DNA of 64,000 nucleotides, from the NCBI GenBank assembly GCA_039028615.1, contig JBCCHT010000005.1, forward strand, positions 160,001-224,000. Reading direction: 5' to 3'. The notes under the pieces were generated by a model. It saw nothing but the letters and a program-made list of their open reading frames with translations, had not been told where the DNA came from and ran no database searches. Source of the DNA: Myxococcota bacterium (GTDB lineage Bacteria > Myxococcota_A > Polyangia > Nannocystales > Nannocystaceae). Of the stretch, positions 60,056 to 64,000 are shown piece after piece. The position numbers and the translations under genes are program-made. Within the stretch, counting starts at the first letter, position 1; each line of letters begins with the position of its first letter.

Positions 60056-61033
60056 TCACTCGCAGGTCGCGTTGTTGCCCGCGGAGACGTTGGAGCACTC
60101 GGCGTCCGCCGAGCAGCTGCCCTCGGCCTCGCAGTTGTCGCAGGCCTTCACCGTCGGGTTGAGGCAGTCGGGATCGACCGAGCCGCAGCCGCAGTCGCAG
60201 CCGTCGTGGCCGTGCCAGGCCTCGGCCGGACACGTCCACCCCGGCGGCAGGGTCGGGGGTCGATCGTCTTCCGCCGTGATCGAGACCGGAATCTCGACGA
60301 TGTTGTCGTCGTAGGTCGATTCTTCGAAGACCTGCTCGGGGTTGATCTCGATCTCCAGCACGTAGTTCCCCGGCTCGACATCGGTGACGTCGACCCACTG
60401 GCAATCGAGATAGGCGTCGTAGACGTCGGCCCAGCCGCGCGTGATGCCTTGCGTGCCATCGGGGAGGGGATAGCGAGGGGGCGGAGAGTCGAGGCCCAGC
60501 GCCTCGAAGTCGATGAGGGCGAAGGCCTGCTTGTGGCCGTTGCGAACCACCTTGCCGTTGGTGTCGAGCAGGCGGTAGACGGCGAAGTCCTTGAAGTGGA
60601 AGTGCTCGTGACACTCGCCGTACTCGAAGGCGTCGGGGTTGTCCTCGGGTCGGCCGACCACCAGATCGGCGTCGCCATCGTTGGGCGTGACCGTCTGAAA
60701 GCGCAGGACTCGACGGAGGCCCGGGGCGTCGACGCAGCCCTCGGCGACGGCACACCCATCCGCCTCGTATGCGGCGGTGCCCACCAGCGTGCTGCTGGCG
60801 ATGCGGTCGGCGACCGAGAGCATGTTGATGTTGGGCAGCCCATCGCCGTCGCCGTCGGTCACGTCGGCCGTGGTGTCCGCCGTCGGATCGGCCCGGGTGG
60901 CGTCGCCGCTCGTGCCCGTCGACGGGCCCGTGCTCACGCCCTCCGTCTCGGCGGGTGGTGCCGGATTACCCTCCGAAAGGCACGAAAACGCTCCTATCGA
61001 ACAAAGCAGACTGGTCGCTATCGCGCGGTTCAT
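60056..61033 (-). CDS. Lysyl oxidase family lipoprotein
   Basis: RRVLRF, CHEHFHF Cu-binding motif, GHKQAF (LTQ Lys), GWADVY..LDCQWVDVTDV.PGNY (LTQ Tyr), E..YDDN. Confidence 0.9.
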   Translation of the reverse strand: MNRAIATSLLCSIGAFSCLSEGNPAPPAETEGVSTGPSTGTSGDATRADPTADTTADVTDGDGDGLPNINMLSVADRIASSTLVGTAAYEADGCAVAEGCVDAPGLRRVLRFQTVTPNDGDADLVVGRPEDNPDAFEYGECHEHFHFKDFAVYRLLDTNGKVVRNGHKQAFALIDFEALGLDSPPPRYPLPDGTQGITRGWADVYDAYLDCQWVDVTDVEPGNYVLEIEINPEQVFEESTYDDNIVEIPVSITAEDDRPPTLPPGWTCPAEAWHGHDGCDCGCGSVDPDCLNPTVKACDNCEAEGSCSADAECSNVSAGNNATCE

Positions 61034-61207
61034 CGTGATCCACCGTCGATCGAAGAAAAAATCAATAATTCCCTTACGTCGCTGCTGGCGCCACTAATTG
61101 TCTGTGGAACATGGGTTTTTGTGGAGAGAACGATGTGATTCTCTCTTGGCGCTTGAAGTGTAATGCAGATTCCAATTGAGTCTGTGTGTGGACTACGTTG
61201 GGACGCC

Positions 61208-62974
61208 ATGCCTCGCCGCCTCTTGCCGCTCCTCGCTCTCACCTCGGTCGCCCTCCCAGCGTCCACCGCCCTTGCCGATCTACCACTCCAGCCCAACGAA
61301 GCGGTGACGACCTTTCGGTCGGGCTTCAATGGGGTGACCAACCAGCCCTTCGTGGTCGGGGTCGTGGACATCCGAGATCCTGCGTGCAACGCGCCGGGTT
61401 TGAACACCAACTGGGAGGCGGACATCTACGGCAACGCCATGGCGGACAGCCCGACCGGTCAGCTCTCCGACGAGTGGACCTCCGCGAACCTGGGCGAGGT
61501 CTTCGGGGTGGCGCTGGACGACGCGGACAACCCCAACATCTACGTGACCGCGACCTCCAGCTACGGCAACGGAGCGACGACGGGCAACGTCTACCGCCTC
61601 GACGGCACCGATGGCTCGGTCACCACCCTGGCCACGCTGCCGAACACGGGGCCGGGCCTCGGCAACATCGCGTTCGACCGCGCCAACCAGCAGCTGTTCG
61701 TCACCAACTTCGAGGACGGCAGCATCTATCGCCTCGGCATGGACGGCACCATCCTGCAGGTCTACGACCCCTTCGGTGCCGACGACGGCGCGCCCGGGTT
61801 CGCGCCGCGCACCGAACGAATCTGGGGCGTGCAGGTCTTCGATTGCCACCTGTACTTCGGCACCTGGTCGGAGGACTCGGGCAACGACGGCGACACGAAC
61901 ACGGTGTGGTCGCTGTCGATCGCGGCCGACGGCAGCCTGGCCGGACCCGAGGAGCTCCAGCTCACGCAGCCGCTGAACAACTCCGGTCGGAGCATGCCGA
62001 TCTCCGACATCGCGTTCTCCACCGAGGGCCTGATGATGGTGGCCGAGCGGGGCATGTCGAGTGACTTCGGCCAGGCCCCGCACCAAAACCGGATCCTCGA
62101 GTATGCGGGCGGGCACTCGTCGTGGGTCCCCAGCGGTCAGACCTTCTCGCTGGGCAACATCGCGGGGGGCACCAACTCGTCGGGCGGCGTCGACTACGAC
62201 TGCGTCGAGGACGTGGACGAGTGCAATACCTGGGGCGCCAACGTGCTGGCCATGGCCGACGCGCTGCGCTGTTGCAGCCCTCCCAACATCTACGGCCTGC
62301 AGGTCATGCCGGCCACGGGCGGTGCGGTGACCGACTCGTACATCATCGACCTCGACAACGAGACGACCTACCAGGACAAGACCGCGATCGGTGACGTGGA
62401 CTCGGTACGTCCCTGCTTCGCCGTCTCGGCCGCGTGTGACCACGACCCGGGCTGTACCAACGACAAGTACTACTGGATCGAAAACCACGCGGGCGCCGAA
62501 GACCCCGAAAACCAGATCCCCTGGCCCGTCTCCGAGGACACCGCGCTGTGCGGGTCGACGTGGGTCGAGGTGATTCACAACCCGTTCATGGGCGATGCGT
62601 GGCAGGCCCTGGCCTATCGCTGGATCGCGGCGTCGCTCAACGTGGCGACCGGGGCCGACACCACGCCCGAGGTGGACCAGGCGCTGGTCGACGGTGAGGC
62701 CCTGCTCGCGATGTGCTCGGTGGGCCCCGCCGACCAGGATGCCGCGTTGGCGGCTGCCGACGTCTTGGCCAGCTACAACGCGGGGCTCATCGGTCCCGGC
62801 GTCTGTGTGCACGACGGGGGCGACGCGCCGCCGCCCGAGCCCGTCGATCCGCCCGACCGGGAAGACACCGCCGCCGCGGTGGGAGCTGCGTGCTCGGTGG
62901 GGCAGGACCCGGGCTGGGCGGGCTTCGGCGCGCTGCTCTTCGGCCTGATCGCTCTTCGCCGCCGTCGCGACTAA
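61208..62974 (+). CDS. Secreted beta-propeller protein with MYXO-CTERM-like tail
   Basis: Signal peptide; GEVFGVALD..NIYV, GLGNIAFD..LFVTNFEDG blades; C-TM-RRRR tail. Confidence 0.75.
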   Translation: MPRRLLPLLALTSVALPASTALADLPLQPNEAVTTFRSGFNGVTNQPFVVGVVDIRDPACNAPGLNTNWEADIYGNAMADSPTGQLSDEWTSANLGEVFGVALDDADNPNIYVTATSSYGNGATTGNVYRLDGTDGSVTTLATLPNTGPGLGNIAFDRANQQLFVTNFEDGSIYRLGMDGTILQVYDPFGADDGAPGFAPRTERIWGVQVFDCHLYFGTWSEDSGNDGDTNTVWSLSIAADGSLAGPEELQLTQPLNNSGRSMPISDIAFSTEGLMMVAERGMSSDFGQAPHQNRILEYAGGHSSWVPSGQTFSLGNIAGGTNSSGGVDYDCVEDVDECNTWGANVLAMADALRCCSPPNIYGLQVMPATGGAVTDSYIIDLDNETTYQDKTAIGDVDSVRPCFAVSAACDHDPGCTNDKYYWIENHAGAEDPENQIPWPVSEDTALCGSTWVEVIHNPFMGDAWQALAYRWIAASLNVATGADTTPEVDQALVDGEALLAMCSVGPADQDAALAAADVLASYNAGLIGPGVCVHDGGDAPPPEPVDPPDREDTAAAVGAACSVGQDPGWAGFGALLFGLIALRRRRD

Positions 62975-63131
62975 CCGAGATCCCAGCACCTTCGACCGAC
63001 CACCATCGACACGCTCCGCGGGTGACTCGACGCCGACGTCGAGGGCTCGCGGGGCGCTTCGTCGTTGGTTCGACGCGCCGTCGCAGCGACTCGACTTCGC
63101 AAAAATCATCGACGCTCCACGCCGCCGACTC

Positions 63132-63920
63132 GTGTACGTTGAGTTCGTGGCCAACCTGTATCGCTCGAGCTATGTCGCGGGTCTGTTTGCGTTGGGGGCC
63201 TCGCTGCTCGTCCACGGGAACTCGCACGCGCACTTCGTGCTCTTGTCTCCGCCGTCGGCCACCGTACAGGACGACAACGGCGACCCACAGATCCCGGGCC
63301 CCTGTGGAGACGACGGCAGTGCGATGGCCACCGAGGTCATCACCACGTTCGCGCCGGGCACCACCATCGTCATCACCGTCGACGAGCGGACCTTTAGCCC
63401 CGGCCACTACCGCGTCGCGTTGTCGCTGAACGGCGAGGGCGGACTCCCCGAGCCCCCCATGGTCACGCCCGACGGCATGGAGTGTGGCAGCGCGGCCATC
63501 GAGGAGACCCCCACCTTTCCCATCCTGGCCGACGGGATCTTGGAGCACACCCAGCCGCTCCAGGGGCCGCAGTCGTTCGAGGTCACGTTGCCCGCCGACA
63601 TGACCTGTGACGACTGCACCTTGCAGGTCCTCCAGTTCGTGGGGGATGCCCAGGCCGACGGGGCCGAGGGCTGCTTCCACTATCACTGTGCTGCGCTCGA
63701 GGTGGACGTGCCGGGCCCCGACGAGGCCGGCGAGTCGACGGGCGACGAGTCAGGCACGGGCGACGAGTCGGGCACGGGCGACACCGAAGCGGCAGGCGCT
63801 TCAGGGGGCGACGAGGGCTGCGGCTGCACGCAAGACCCCGACGACGCGCCGTGGGGGGCGACCGCGTTTGGCCTGTTCGTGCTGCTGAGGCTGCGGTCAC
63901 GCCCGCGGGGGCGCGGCTGA
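63132..63920 (+). CDS. Polysaccharide monooxygenase-like (SCE4755-type) surface protein with MYXO-CTERM-like tail
   Basis: Signal ending SHA|H gives mature His1 (HFVLLSPP); GPCG, PGHYRVAL, VTLP..CDDCTLQVLQ, HYHCA. Confidence 0.75.
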   Translation: MYVEFVANLYRSSYVAGLFALGASLLVHGNSHAHFVLLSPPSATVQDDNGDPQIPGPCGDDGSAMATEVITTFAPGTTIVITVDERTFSPGHYRVALSLNGEGGLPEPPMVTPDGMECGSAAIEETPTFPILADGILEHTQPLQGPQSFEVTLPADMTCDDCTLQVLQFVGDAQADGAEGCFHYHCAALEVDVPGPDEAGESTGDESGTGDESGTGDTEAAGASGGDEGCGCTQDPDDAPWGATAFGLFVLLRLRSRPRGRG

Positions 63921-64000
63921 CCGAAGAGTCCCGTTGAGGGACTTCGTGACGCAGGCCTCGTCTCGCCCGATTCTCGCGCTACGCTTGGCACCGTAGTGGC

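Overview
GC-rich, gene-dense window that reads as the chromosome of a myxobacterium. Myxococcota hallmarks include six MYXO-CTERM-like tails, DUF4215 Cys-rich repeats and large Ser/Thr kinase-TPR proteins; a Nannocystaceae-like assignment is my inference. About 46 CDS are supportable; I saw no rRNA, tRNA, CRISPR array, transposase or integrase. Most genes encode lipoproteins and surface enzymes, plus an EF-G paralog, MenA, a SulP fusion, imuA/imuB, XdhC, an orphan DNA methylase, a two-component pair and an RND pump. Main observations: (1) three ECF sigma modules, each with its own fixed-spacing promoter-like motif repeated before its own genes and a divergent target. (2) One module is an exported, probably outer-membrane-anchored caspase with an ECF sigma, a DUF4384-like anti-sigma and a stand-alone DUF4384-like lipoprotein, a candidate caspase-driven cell-surface signalling system. 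(3) Another ECF/kinase pair appears to drive a chaperone-like gene plus an amidoligase-fold orphan. (4) Several eukaryote-like domains: a sigma-1 receptor/ERG2 homolog, a GPI-PLD-like enzyme, a dead trypsin with a somatomedin B domain, lysyl oxidase, a serpin and a fibrinogen-related domain. (5) imuA and imuB lie 26 kb apart, each with its own LexA-type box. (6) A SulP-STAS-PTS IIA-(PII-like) fusion. (7) A candidate leader-peptide attenuator before the EF-G paralog. All family calls come from motif recognition by eye; no database search was run.
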